Sequence record: KT895374.1
Length of the DNA stretch: 64,000 nt
Reading direction: 5' to 3' (one strand)
Positions 20,248 through 29,461 of this stretch are shown here, piece by piece; positions within the stretch are counted from its first letter, which is position 1, and each line of letters begins with the position of its first letter. The notes below the pieces were generated by a model. It saw nothing but the letters and a program-made list of their open reading frames with translations, was not told where the DNA came from and ran no database searches. A program made the position numbers and the translations under genes.

Positions 20248-20679
20248 TTGTCATATAACTATAAATTTCCAGCCATTAATGATAAAGATGTTATTTTTAT
20301 AAATAATGTCATAGGAATTAAGAAGAAAGCTGAAAACGAAGATTGTGTAGTTTATCAATTTAGTGTATGGGCTAAATTAGATCTTGAAGTTGATAATCTC
20401 CCAGAAATATATAAAAATATCTTTACTAAAATCAATAATTATAATGGTAATAGTATAGATTCTAGTAGATTTACTCTTGAGTATATTGAGAATAAACTTC
20501 AATGGTTTTTATTAGATAATAAAGACATAGTATCTTTATCCTTCATAGATAATTACAAAGATACAACAACATTATCACACATATATAATTACCATTTAAA
20601 TATTGAATTAGATAAGGATTCTGATTTAGCTAAAGAAACTGATCGGATTATAACAATTAAAAAATTAAGAGATATTTAA
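20248..20679 (+). CDS. paralog family 3 member (ends ITIKKLRDI)
   Basis: LPEIYKNIF...ETDRIIT blocks shared with neighbours. Confidence 0.7.
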   Translation: MSYNYKFPAINDKDVIFINNVIGIKKKAENEDCVVYQFSVWAKLDLEVDNLPEIYKNIFTKINNYNGNSIDSSRFTLEYIENKLQWFLLDNKDIVSLSFIDNYKDTTTLSHIYNYHLNIELDKDSDLAKETDRIITIKKLRDI

Positions 20680-20710
20680 TAATTAAAATAAGAATGGAGA
20701 TAGACTAATT

Positions 20711-21163
20711 ATGGAATTTTTTACACCTATAAATAATGTTTTTGGCATTAGGATAAATAAATATTTTGGTAGATTTACAGTTTGTGAGTTATATGTTGAG
20801 GGAGAATTAACTGATAAAGAGAATATTCCAGAATGCTTTAAAGAGATATTATTTTTAATTGAAAATTTTAGAGAAAGAGAAAAAGTATTTAATAAGAATA
20901 TTTCAAATGTTAACAGTTATGATAGAAAATATATTTACAATAATAATAAAATAATAAATATTAAAAAGACTTATGATATCATAGAGAAAAAATTAAATGA
21001 AGAATATTCTCATATTGATGGTCTATATTTGATAGAATTTAATAGAGAAGTTTATTTCAATGACTTTAGTCGCTATAAATTAAGATTTGTCACATCAAGA
21101 GAAAATGAAATTTACAAAGAAACGGAAAGATTAATAACTAGGGCTAAATTGGAGGAATTATAG
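20711..21163 (+). CDS. paralog family 3 member (ends ITRAKLEEL)
   Basis: shared blocks IPECFKEIL, TYDIIEKK, LIEFNRE, ETERLIT. Confidence 0.7.
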   Translation: MEFFTPINNVFGIRINKYFGRFTVCELYVEGELTDKENIPECFKEILFLIENFREREKVFNKNISNVNSYDRKYIYNNNKIINIKKTYDIIEKKLNEEYSHIDGLYLIEFNREVYFNDFSRYKLRFVTSRENEIYKETERLITRAKLEEL

Positions 21164-21573
21164 TGAATTTTTTATTTAAAGAAATAGATTCTAATAATAA
21201 AGTTTTATTTATTTTTAAGATTAGTAAAGAGTTGCGAGACTTTTCCAAATTTCCAAAACCCTATAATATAATATTTTCTTCAATATATAAAAGACAACAA
21301 AATCTTCATAATATTCTTTTAAAAGGAGCTACAGTAAGAGGAATTGAAATATGGGAAAATCTTATTGAAACTTTTTACAGAGATCTGGAAAGAGTTATAA
21401 ACAAAGAATTTTCAAATGAAAAAGACTTGCTTTCAATAAGTTTTAAAAATGAAGATAATTCCCATATCGTTAATTTTGGAGAATATACTATTTGTTTTAA
21501 TTTTAATAAAGAAAATAGTATTACAAAAGAAACCAGAGACTTTATAACTAAATTAAAATTGGGGGAACTATAA
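21163..21573 (+). CDS. paralog family 3 member (ends ITKLKLGEL)
   Basis: shared blocks; TAGTG coupling. Confidence 0.7.
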   Translation: MNFLFKEIDSNNKVLFIFKISKELRDFSKFPKPYNIIFSSIYKRQQNLHNILLKGATVRGIEIWENLIETFYRDLERVINKEFSNEKDLLSISFKNEDNSHIVNFGEYTICFNFNKENSITKETRDFITKLKLGEL

Positions 21574-21574
21574 C

Positions 21575-21982
21575 ATGAATAAGTTTTTTTCAATTAAGAA
21601 AATAAAAGAATTTGGGAATAACGTAGTTTATAGCATTTATGTAAATAGGGTTGATTTTGATAAACTATCAGAACTTTCTGGTTTTTATAAAATGGTTTTC
21701 TCAATCCTAGAAAGGGAGAGAAAAGATTTTGAATCCAATAGAAAATTAAGTTCAAAAAATCGCATTGATGTAACCGAAGTAAGGAAAACTTATAAATCGA
21801 TTGAAAATATATTAGACGTTACTCTTTCGCATAATGATGGTCTTGAATTAATAGAGTTTAGTGAAACCATGCCCCTCTCAGGCTTTGATTTCTATTCAAT
21901 ACGTCTTGTATTTCATAGAGAAAGTCTAATTGCTATGGAAACTAGGGATTTAATAACCAAATTAAAATTGGAGGAAATATAA
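21575..21982 (+). CDS. paralog family 3 member (ends ITKLKLEEI)
   Basis: shared blocks. Confidence 0.7.
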   Translation: MNKFFSIKKIKEFGNNVVYSIYVNRVDFDKLSELSGFYKMVFSILERERKDFESNRKLSSKNRIDVTEVRKTYKSIENILDVTLSHNDGLELIEFSETMPLSGFDFYSIRLVFHRESLIAMETRDLITKLKLEEI

Positions 21983-21983
21983 T

Positions 21984-22406
21984 ATGTGTAGTAAATTGTT
22001 AATTGAAAAAATAGAAGAATCTGAAGTGGAAATTGCTTATATTTTTGAAATAAGCAATATAATTAATTTCAAAATACTATCAGAATTCTATAAACCATTT
22101 TTCCAATTAATTGATAAATATAGAAGTAATTATCGAGAACATTATGGAAATTATACATATGACTTTAATGATGATGAATTTTTCTTTATTTATAAAATAT
22201 ATAATAAGTTATTTGATAAGATTGAAAAAGAGATTTATAAAAGGTTTGTAAGTAATAATACAGGTATAAAATCAATAAAATTTATGAGACGTGAGACTGA
22301 TATAACATTCTTTTCCTATAGCTTGATATTTAGATTTCATAGTAATAGTCCGTTAATTAAAGAAACTGAAAGATTAATAACACTATATAAGTTAGGAGAG
22401 ATATAA
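21984..22406 (+). CDS. paralog family 3 member (ends ITLYKLGEI)
   Basis: shared blocks. Confidence 0.7.
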   Translation: MCSKLLIEKIEESEVEIAYIFEISNIINFKILSEFYKPFFQLIDKYRSNYREHYGNYTYDFNDDEFFFIYKIYNKLFDKIEKEIYKRFVSNNTGIKSIKFMRRETDITFFSYSLIFRFHSNSPLIKETERLITLYKLGEI

Positions 22407-22407
22407 T

Positions 22408-22818
22408 ATGCGTTATAATCATCTTAATTTTTCAATCGAAAAGTTAAAAATATTTAAAGGTAAAGAATTATTTATTTTTAATATGTATCGCAGAGTGGAC
22501 TTAGAATATTTTCCAAATTTTTATAAAAATATATTTAATTTAATAAAAGGCTATCAGGAAAGATTCGATAAATATTTATATGAGGAAACTGAAATACATG
22601 GTGATATCGAAGATGCAATTTTTGATGAAATTTGTAAAGTATATGATGAAATTGAAAGGAAGATAAATCATTCTTCTGATATCCTAATAGAATTTGATAG
22701 AAAGCGTGTAGATATTTCATTTAGTACCTATAGTCTAAAATTTACCTTTAATGAGAATGATCCATCTATACAAGAAATAGATAAGCTTATAATTTTAAAT
22801 AAATTGGGGGAAATATAA
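22408..22818 (+). CDS. paralog family 3 member (ends IILNKLGEI)
   Basis: shared blocks. Confidence 0.7.
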   Translation: MRYNHLNFSIEKLKIFKGKELFIFNMYRRVDLEYFPNFYKNIFNLIKGYQERFDKYLYEETEIHGDIEDAIFDEICKVYDEIERKINHSSDILIEFDRKRVDISFSTYSLKFTFNENDPSIQEIDKLIILNKLGEI

Positions 22819-23220
22819 ATGCGTAATTCTTTTTCAGTTAAAAAGAAAAAAGAATTTGGCGAATATGTAGTGTATAAATTCTATGTAGATAAGATTAATC
22901 TAGAAAAACTCCCAGTCTTTTATAAAGAAGTATTTTCAATTATAGAAGAGAGTCGAAAAAATTTTAATTATGTTGATGAATATAGTTATTTTATTGAAAC
23001 TAATAAAGGGGATAATATAAGAGAAACTTATGATCTAATTGAAAATAAAATAACTGATAGGTTTTCTAAAGATAAAGACTTATGCTTGATTGAGATGGAT
23101 CGGGAAATGATACATGTTGATTTTAGTTATTATAAAGTACTTTTTATATTTAATAAGAGAAATCCAATCGTTTCAGAAACTGATAGGTTAATAACCAGAT
23201 TAAAATTAAAGGATATTTGA
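22819..23220 (+). CDS. paralog family 3 member (ends ITRLKLKDI)
   Basis: shared blocks. Confidence 0.7.
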   Translation: MRNSFSVKKKKEFGEYVVYKFYVDKINLEKLPVFYKEVFSIIEESRKNFNYVDEYSYFIETNKGDNIRETYDLIENKITDRFSKDKDLCLIEMDREMIHVDFSYYKVLFIFNKRNPIVSETDRLITRLKLKDI

Positions 23221-23223
23221 TAT

Positions 23224-23655
23224 ATGAGAGTAAATAATGGGCGCAATCTTATAAATAACTCTTATAAAATTAGTAATTATTTTATTTGTCAATTCGGTAA
23301 TCTATATAAACCTTTATGGTCAGAAGGTATATATTTGGATCAGATAACGGAGAATAAATTCTTTCCTTTTGGTTATGAAATAAAGAAAGAATATCAAAAA
23401 TGTATAATAGAAAATTGTACACAGATAGATTGTATTGAAAGAATAAATAATCTATTAAATTCAAAAAGAAAAGAATTTCTAAAGAAAGGTATTGTATCTA
23501 TTCAATTAGATTATATATCAGAACAAATAAGAGAAAAATCAAAAGATAAACAAATTAGTTTTGTTCTTACATTAATATATGAAGCTAATAGAAATAATAA
23601 GTATTATGTTGAACTAAAGAAACAAATGACAAAATATAAATTAGAAAGACTGTAG
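23224..23655 (+). CDS. diverged family 3-like protein (ends MTKYKLERL)
   Basis: similar size and C-terminal tail. Confidence 0.6.
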   Translation: MRVNNGRNLINNSYKISNYFICQFGNLYKPLWSEGIYLDQITENKFFPFGYEIKKEYQKCIIENCTQIDCIERINNLLNSKRKEFLKKGIVSIQLDYISEQIREKSKDKQISFVLTLIYEANRNNKYYVELKKQMTKYKLERL

Positions 23656-23675
23656 GTGTATCAAAATTATCCATT

Positions 23676-23690
23676 AAATATATATTATAG
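23676..23690 (+). promoter_or_regulatory. putative early promoter motif
   Basis: AAATATATATTATAG in intergenic gap. Confidence 0.55.
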
Positions 23691-23729
23691 AATTGATAAA
23701 TAAAAATCAAGACTATAATATAATTAAAG

Positions 23730-23924
23730 GTGGAATTTAAAATGAAAAGCACTTATAAGAATTTCTTTATGATTTTAGGAGTTATCTTTGCACTAATGAT
23801 TAGTTTTAGAATGGTGATATTTTTAATTAAATCTCCTATTGTTTTGATTATTATTATTTTAGTAGTTTTATACTTTATTGGTAAGGGTAAGGATATTAAA
23901 AGTGGTAAAAGGAAAAGAGTATGA
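23730..23924 (+). CDS. small two-TM membrane protein with basic C-tail
   Basis: two hydrophobic segments; KGKDIKSGKRKRV tail. Confidence 0.6.
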   Translation: MEFKMKSTYKNFFMILGVIFALMISFRMVIFLIKSPIVLIIIILVVLYFIGKGKDIKSGKRKRV

Positions 23925-24289
23925 TGGGAGGTCAAAAAGTTTCTGTATGTACAGAAGAATACAATGAATACAATATTATTGTAAGAAGTCTAGGCGATTT
24001 TATTAATAGTAAAGATACTTCTATAAAGTTGATTCCTTTTAGAGATCTTATTCTATCAATATTTAATAAATATCCAGATAGATTAAGAGATTTGTCAATT
24101 CGTAATTTTGATATATTTCAAGGAATGGTAAATAGAGATCTTGATGGAAAAATGGAAATTTATATAACGCCATCCGATGAACCCCAATTCATGGATCTTT
24201 GCATAAGTATAAACCAGAGCAGATTAACTGATAAAGAAATTAATGATATCTTGAATTTTAAGACATTATTGAAATTGGGAGAGTTGTAA
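23921..24289 (+). CDS. paralog family 3b member (ends KTLLKLGEL)
   Basis: EEYNEYNII..IPFRDLIL blocks shared with the next two ORFs. Confidence 0.65.
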   Translation: MMGGQKVSVCTEEYNEYNIIVRSLGDFINSKDTSIKLIPFRDLILSIFNKYPDRLRDLSIRNFDIFQGMVNRDLDGKMEIYITPSDEPQFMDLCISINQSRLTDKEINDILNFKTLLKLGEL

Positions 24290-24292
24290 ATA

Positions 24293-24692
24293 ATGGGGAA
24301 AACTTATAATAGTGTTAAAATTTTATTTGATGAATCTGAAGAGTATTATGATTTATTGGTGAAAGATATAGAATATTTCTTTAATATTAAAGAATATGGT
24401 GAAGAAAATCTTATTCGAGAAATTCCCTTCCGAAATGACATATTATTTGTGTTTAATCTTTTCCCATATGCACGTATGGAATTAGATTATTGTCAATATG
24501 CAGATCTTCAAACTTGTGTAAATAAAGAACTTCAGAATAGACATCATGAAAAAATATCAGTGAAAATAGGTCCAAACAGTTATAATTTTTCATTAGCTCT
24601 AAAGATTCGTTATTATAAAAAAAAATTTAGCCGTAGAAGACCATGATGAAATTAAAAAATTTATGACATCTCTTAACCTATCATCATTATAA
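24293..24692 (+). pseudogene. family 3b member frameshifted at an A9 run (24617-24625)
   Basis: as written stops at 24646 (KKKFSRRRP); removing one A extends it to KKNLAVEDHDEIKKFMTSLNLSSL-stop at 24692, family-like tail, immediately before the next SD. Confidence 0.65.
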
Positions 24693-24712
24693 TTAAAAGG
24701 AGTTGTAACTAT

Positions 24713-25093
24713 ATGGAAAGTTTATCAGTGAATGAAAATGAAGATTATTATTCTATCTTTTATGATAATTTTATATCATTAATGGTTAACGATAATAAAA
24801 GTATGCACAAGATTTTCCCTTTTAGAGATCGATTATTAAAAGGTTTTGAACTAGCTAATAAAAAAATGGAAGAGGGTAGGAGTGTAGTTAGTATAGATAC
24901 TTTTTATGAGATAGCACTTAATAAGTCTCTAAGAGATGATAAAGTATCTAATAAAATTAGGGTTGCTTTGTCCCCTACAGTATTATCTAGAAATATAATT
25001 ATAACTGTATTTATTGATAGGAAAAATTTAGAAGAAGATGAGTTGGAGACTATCAATAGATTTAAAAGTATTACATATTTAGAAAAAATCTAA
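24713..25093 (+). CDS. paralog family 3b member (ends KSITYLEKI)
   Basis: NEDYYSIF..FPFRDRLL blocks; AAGGAG SD. Confidence 0.65.
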   Translation: MESLSVNENEDYYSIFYDNFISLMVNDNKSMHKIFPFRDRLLKGFELANKKMEEGRSVVSIDTFYEIALNKSLRDDKVSNKIRVALSPTVLSRNIIITVFIDRKNLEEDELETINRFKSITYLEKI

Positions 25094-25112
25094 TATGGGG
25101 GAGTGAATCAAA

Positions 25113-25634
25113 ATGGAATATTCACTAAAAGATTTAATTAATAATGGTTTAGAGGTTACATGGGAGACTGTTTATGTAGGAAGTGAAAGAGGAATTCTCA
25201 AATATAATGACCTAGAAGATTTTGCTACTGATTATTTAAATAAAAATAAAAATTGTGATAATCAACTAATTTTAAACTTATCTTGGGGAGATTTCAATAG
25301 AGAAAATCTTGATGGGGAATTATATAATGTATTAAAGAGTTTAGACTGTAAGGTTATAATGGAACATTCAGACCAATGGAATAAAGAATTAAGAAAGTGG
25401 AGATATTCTAAACTAGTCTATTTAAATAGTAAGTATAAGGAAGATTTTGATCTTTTGTTAGATAGTATTTATAAAGTTTATGCTGATTTTGATTATCATC
25501 CAGATATGTTAGACTTTATCCATTATATGAATAATCCTGTAAAAGAACTATCTAAAGAAGAAAATCAAAAGAATTTAGTAATGACGTTTAGAGAATTTTT
25601 GGATAAAGAAAAATTGGAATTGCAAAATAAATAA
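25113..25634 (+). CDS. DUF2247-like protein (putative polymorphic-toxin immunity-like)
   Basis: TWETVYVG...KWRYSKL...YADFDYHPDMLDFIHYM pattern recalled for DUF2247. Confidence 0.55.
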   Translation: MEYSLKDLINNGLEVTWETVYVGSERGILKYNDLEDFATDYLNKNKNCDNQLILNLSWGDFNRENLDGELYNVLKSLDCKVIMEHSDQWNKELRKWRYSKLVYLNSKYKEDFDLLLDSIYKVYADFDYHPDMLDFIHYMNNPVKELSKEENQKNLVMTFREFLDKEKLELQNK

Positions 25635-25697
25635 GGAAAGAATATCTTAATAAAAATAAAGAAATAAAAACTATTTAATGAAACTAAAAGGATAGGA

Positions 25698-26021
25698 ATG
25701 ATAAAAATGAAAAGTATCAAACTAAAAAATTTATTTGAGAACGTTGCTATGTATATTACAATTATTGTTTTTGCATTGGCAGTAACTGTATTATTTGTAG
25801 AATTTTCAAAAGGTGTAATTGCGGCTAAACAATTTTCTGGTACTGAAAAAGTCGCTGTAGAGGTTGAGAGTGGACAAACTGTTTGGGATATTGCAAAAGA
25901 ATATAAAAATGAAAAAGTAGATTATGACTCAATGGTTAAAGAAATTAAAAGTATTAACAATTTAAATGATAATAGCACTATCAATGTTGGTGAAATTATC
26001 TATGTTCCAAAAATGAAATAA
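25698..26021 (+). CDS. TM + LysM protein, YneA-like cell division suppressor
   Basis: single TM helix followed by LysM VEVESGQTVWDIAKEY...IKSINNL...INVGEIIYVP; 107 aa, YneA architecture. Confidence 0.7.
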   Translation: MIKMKSIKLKNLFENVAMYITIIVFALAVTVLFVEFSKGVIAAKQFSGTEKVAVEVESGQTVWDIAKEYKNEKVDYDSMVKEIKSINNLNDNSTINVGEIIYVPKMK

Positions 26022-26028
26022 ATAAGAG

Positions 26029-26066
26029 AAATAGATAAATCATTATGATTTATCTATTTTTTTTTT
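26029..26066. terminator. bidirectional terminator between convergent genes
   Basis: AAATAGATAAATCA-tta-TGATTTATCTATTT plus T-run. Confidence 0.8.
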
Positions 26067-27295
26067 GTACTATATAAGAAATTGGTTACATTTCCAATGC
26101 CTAGAAAGCTATGAACCTCTTTTATTTTTTTCATATTAAAATCATCATTCTTAATTAATTCATCTATTTCAGCTATTTGATTTAATAACTCTTTTCGATC
26201 TGATGAACTCTTAGTATTTTTAACTTCTCTCATTAATGCTTGTCTGGCTAAGATTATTCTTTTATAATCTGATGGTTGGAAGTTTACAAATAAAAGAAGT
26301 GATGCAATTTTTAAATTAACAATTTCCGTAGCCAAGATAGCTGGTTTATCAATATCCACAGTTCTATAATTTTTATCCTTAATTAATGTTTTAACTAGAT
26401 CAACACTATAACCATAAGATATTGCAAAATCATCCGCAAACTTTTCAGAATCATATTTTTTTGAAAGCACTACAGCATTTATAAAACTGCCAATATATGA
26501 TGTTGTCAGATAATAAGGATTGATTAGATTTTTTGGACTTGATAAATTATTACTAACAAATTTACCAAGATAACCTAAAGGACTTGTAATATAGGGTATT
26601 TTCCGATCAAGATTTTTTAAAAAGCTATAATATTTTTTGGAAAATGTATCTGATGATTTTTTATTAGCGTCACTTTTAAGATTATATTTTGGGAAGAATA
26701 TTCTAGTTAGAGAGGATAAAAACTTTGAACTAAAATCATACATGTTAAGTGTATAGATAATTTTATTTTTTCCAGTAGAGGTTTTAAATAATTTAAAATT
26801 ATCAAATACTTTTATAAGGCTTCCAATACCATAGGTTGCATTAAATCCTGACTTTAACACTTCCTCTAGTTTTCTTCTTTCAAAAAATAAATGTCCTACC
26901 TCATGCATAATCATTGACATAATTTCTTGAGGGTTTCTCTCTTCAATAGAGAATCTACTAATAATAATTAAGACATTATCATTTATTTGGTCTTTAAATC
27001 TAATTCCTTTATTTGTTTTAACTATATTAAAAGACTTTACTTTGAGAATATCTTTTAGTGGCATATAACTTTCTACCGATGCAAATAAATATGGCTTTTC
27101 ATTAATCTTTAATTCCACATTCTTAATATTAAATTTAGATTGTAGAATTTCATTAATTCTTTTAATCTCTTGGCTTTCTGAAAAACTTTTAATTTTTTCA
27201 GAATTTTCTTTTAGGCTACTAATTAAATCCTCACATTCTCTTAATAAAGAGTCTTTGCTATAGTAATCTTCATTTAGTTTATTTTTATTAATCAT
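26054..27295 (-). CDS. zincin-like metallopeptidase-motif protein, probable virion protein
   Basis: IMHEVGH (HExxH) and downstream EKFADDFAISYGY; late promoter motif upstream. Confidence 0.6.
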   Translation of the reverse strand: MINKNKLNEDYYSKDSLLRECEDLISSLKENSEKIKSFSESQEIKRINEILQSKFNIKNVELKINEKPYLFASVESYMPLKDILKVKSFNIVKTNKGIRFKDQINDNVLIIISRFSIEERNPQEIMSMIMHEVGHLFFERRKLEEVLKSGFNATYGIGSLIKVFDNFKLFKTSTGKNKIIYTLNMYDFSSKFLSSLTRIFFPKYNLKSDANKKSSDTFSKKYYSFLKNLDRKIPYITSPLGYLGKFVSNNLSSPKNLINPYYLTTSYIGSFINAVVLSKKYDSEKFADDFAISYGYSVDLVKTLIKDKNYRTVDIDKPAILATEIVNLKIASLLLFVNFQPSDYKRIILARQALMREVKNTKSSSDRKELLNQIAEIDELIKNDDFNMKKIKEVHSFLGIGNVTNFLYSTKKK

Positions 27296-27321
27296 GCTAT
27301 ATATTCCTCTCTAATCCATAT

Positions 27322-27333
27322 TAATATGATGTT
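27322..27333 (-). promoter_or_regulatory. putative late (nvRNAP) promoter AACA-N6-TA
   Basis: reverse complement reads AACA-TCATAT-TA, ~27 nt upstream of start at 27295. Confidence 0.55.
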
Positions 27334-27352
27334 CAAAATAATTATAAAGTTA

Positions 27353-27367
27353 GATATATATTATAAA
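27353..27367 (+). promoter_or_regulatory. putative early promoter motif
   Basis: GATATATATTATAAA ahead of the Trp-repeat array. Confidence 0.55.
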
Positions 27368-27378
27368 TAAAATCTAAT

Positions 27379-27828
27379 ATGATAGTAGGTGCTATTAAAT
27401 TGGTAAAGAAATATTTTGACCTTACAATAGAGAAACATATTGAGGAAAAGGGTATTGATCAGGTAGATTGGGATGAAATAGTATTTTTTAAGCTATCAGA
27501 GGAATTTATAGAAAAATATGCTGACAATTTTAACTGGTCTATGATTTTAAAATATCAAAGAGTTTCAGAAGAATTTGTTGATAGAAACAAAGACAGAATT
27601 AAAAGAACTGGGTGGAGGTATTTTTCTATGAAGGAGTTTCTAACTGAAGATTTCATAAGGAGAAACTTTTCTAATCTTGACAAACATGCTATATCAATCT
27701 GTCAAAAATTGTCAGAAAAATTTATAATTGATCATTATGAATTTTTAGATTTTGAATATCTCCAACAAAATGAACATGTTCAGATTACTGATAGAATAAA
27801 AACTCTATTTAGTCTAAAGGAGATATAG
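27379..27828 (+). CDS. 23-aa Trp-repeat protein (ends TLFSLKEI)
   Basis: W..I...Q.LSEEFI repeats. Confidence 0.75.
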   Translation: MIVGAIKLVKKYFDLTIEKHIEEKGIDQVDWDEIVFFKLSEEFIEKYADNFNWSMILKYQRVSEEFVDRNKDRIKRTGWRYFSMKEFLTEDFIRRNFSNLDKHAISICQKLSEKFIIDHYEFLDFEYLQQNEHVQITDRIKTLFSLKEI

Positions 27829-27833
27829 AATAT

Positions 27834-28391
27834 ATGAGTATTAAAATGAAGTCTAAACAAGAAAGATTCCTAGATTATATGAATTTCAGAGTATTTAAAA
27901 ATCAAAGTGAATTAGAAGAAAGAATAGAAAAAAAGGGAAAGAGGTCTGTTAATTGGGATTCCGTATCATCTGACAGTAAATTATTTTTAAGTGAATCATT
28001 CATAGAAGAGTATATCGATGATTTAAATATGATTAAGATTTCAAAAAATCAGACTTTAAGTAAAGATTTTATTGATAAATACAAGCATAAAATGAATATA
28101 TTTGCTTTAAATAATTTAGTTATGTACCAAAAAGTATCAGAAGATTTTTTAAGAAGTTATGCTTTTTCATTAAATTGGGAATATGTGTCGGAGTGTCAAA
28201 AGCTATCAGAGACTTTTATAGAAGAGTTTCATGATTTAGTTGATTGGTGTCGTATAGGTGAAAATCAAAAATTATCTGAAGAATTCCTAATTAAACACAT
28301 GAGTAGATTATCTCTAAAAGATTTAGAAGAAAACCCAAACATTACCTTAAGTGAAAAAATAAAAATCCTCTTTAAAATTAGTGAGGTTTAG
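27834..28391 (+). CDS. 23-aa Trp-repeat protein (ends ILFKISEV)
   Basis: W..V...QKLSE.FI repeats. Confidence 0.75.
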   Translation: MSIKMKSKQERFLDYMNFRVFKNQSELEERIEKKGKRSVNWDSVSSDSKLFLSESFIEEYIDDLNMIKISKNQTLSKDFIDKYKHKMNIFALNNLVMYQKVSEDFLRSYAFSLNWEYVSECQKLSETFIEEFHDLVDWCRIGENQKLSEEFLIKHMSRLSLKDLEENPNITLSEKIKILFKISEV

Positions 28392-28393
28392 TT

Positions 28394-28954
28394 ATGAGCA
28401 AGTTTGAAAATGAAATTTATATAGAGGAAAAAGTTAAAAATGGTAGTATGAGTACATTTCATTGGATGGATATTTCAATCTATCAAAAACTGTCAGAAGA
28501 ATTCATTGAAAAATATGCAGATAAATTAGATTGGTTGTCCATTAGTCAGTATCAGGTATTGTCGGAAAAATTTATTGAAAGATATACTGATAAATTAAAT
28601 TGGATAAATATTTGTCGACATCAAAAGTTATCTGAAAAATTCATGCAAAAACATAGAGATAAAATAAACTGGAGTTTAATATGCATGCATCAAAAGTTAT
28701 CTGAAGAATTCATAGATCGACATAGTGAAGTATTCAATTGGAGATTAATTTCTGAATATCAAAAACTGTCAGAAGAATTCATTTTAAAAAATCATGATAA
28801 AGTTAACTGGGTTTATTTATCTATTAAACAGAAACTTTCTGAAAAATTTATATTTGATCACATAGATAAACTAGATATTGGTCTCCTATCAGATAATCCA
28901 AATATTGAAAAAACTGAAAAATTAAAAACATTATTTAAATTAGGAGAATTATAA
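28394..28954 (+). CDS. 23-aa Trp-repeat protein, six clean repeats (ends TLFKLGEL)
   Basis: WxxISxYQKLSEEFIEKYADKLD unit x6. Confidence 0.8.
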   Translation: MSKFENEIYIEEKVKNGSMSTFHWMDISIYQKLSEEFIEKYADKLDWLSISQYQVLSEKFIERYTDKLNWINICRHQKLSEKFMQKHRDKINWSLICMHQKLSEEFIDRHSEVFNWRLISEYQKLSEEFILKNHDKVNWVYLSIKQKLSEKFIFDHIDKLDIGLLSDNPNIEKTEKLKTLFKLGEL

Positions 28955-28957
28955 ACT

Positions 28958-29461
28958 ATGAATGATAATTATATACTAATGGAAAATATTAAAAAGCGTA
29001 TAGAAGAAAATGGTTTTGAATCAACCAATTGGGATACAATTCTTTCACAATATAGCAAATTAGAACCTATTATTGAATTGTATATAGAAAAATTTAATAA
29101 AAGTCATTGGATTTTAATTTCAGGAGGACAAGACTTATCCGAAAAATTTATAGAAAAATATAAAGATAAAATAGAGTGGACGAGGTTTTCCCAATTTAGT
29201 ATTTTAGATGAATCTATAATTGAAAAATATTGCGATTTAGTTGATTGGTGGTGCATATCTACCTATCAAAATTTATCTGAAGAATTTATTAAAAAATATT
29301 TTAATAAGCTTGATGTAAGAGGAATTTCATACCATCAAAATTTATCTGAAGAATTTATTATTAATAATATTGATAAATTAGATATTAATATGTTAAAACT
29401 AAATCCTTTAATAGATATTACTAATAAGGTAGATACAATTTTTAAACTCAAGGAGATTTGA
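28958..29461 (+). CDS. 23-aa Trp-repeat protein (ends TIFKLKEI)
   Basis: repeats; 27-nt DNA duplication 69 nt apart (29265 and 29334). Confidence 0.75.
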   Translation: MNDNYILMENIKKRIEENGFESTNWDTILSQYSKLEPIIELYIEKFNKSHWILISGGQDLSEKFIEKYKDKIEWTRFSQFSILDESIIEKYCDLVDWWCISTYQNLSEEFIKKYFNKLDVRGISYHQNLSEEFIINNIDKLDINMLKLNPLIDITNKVDTIFKLKEI

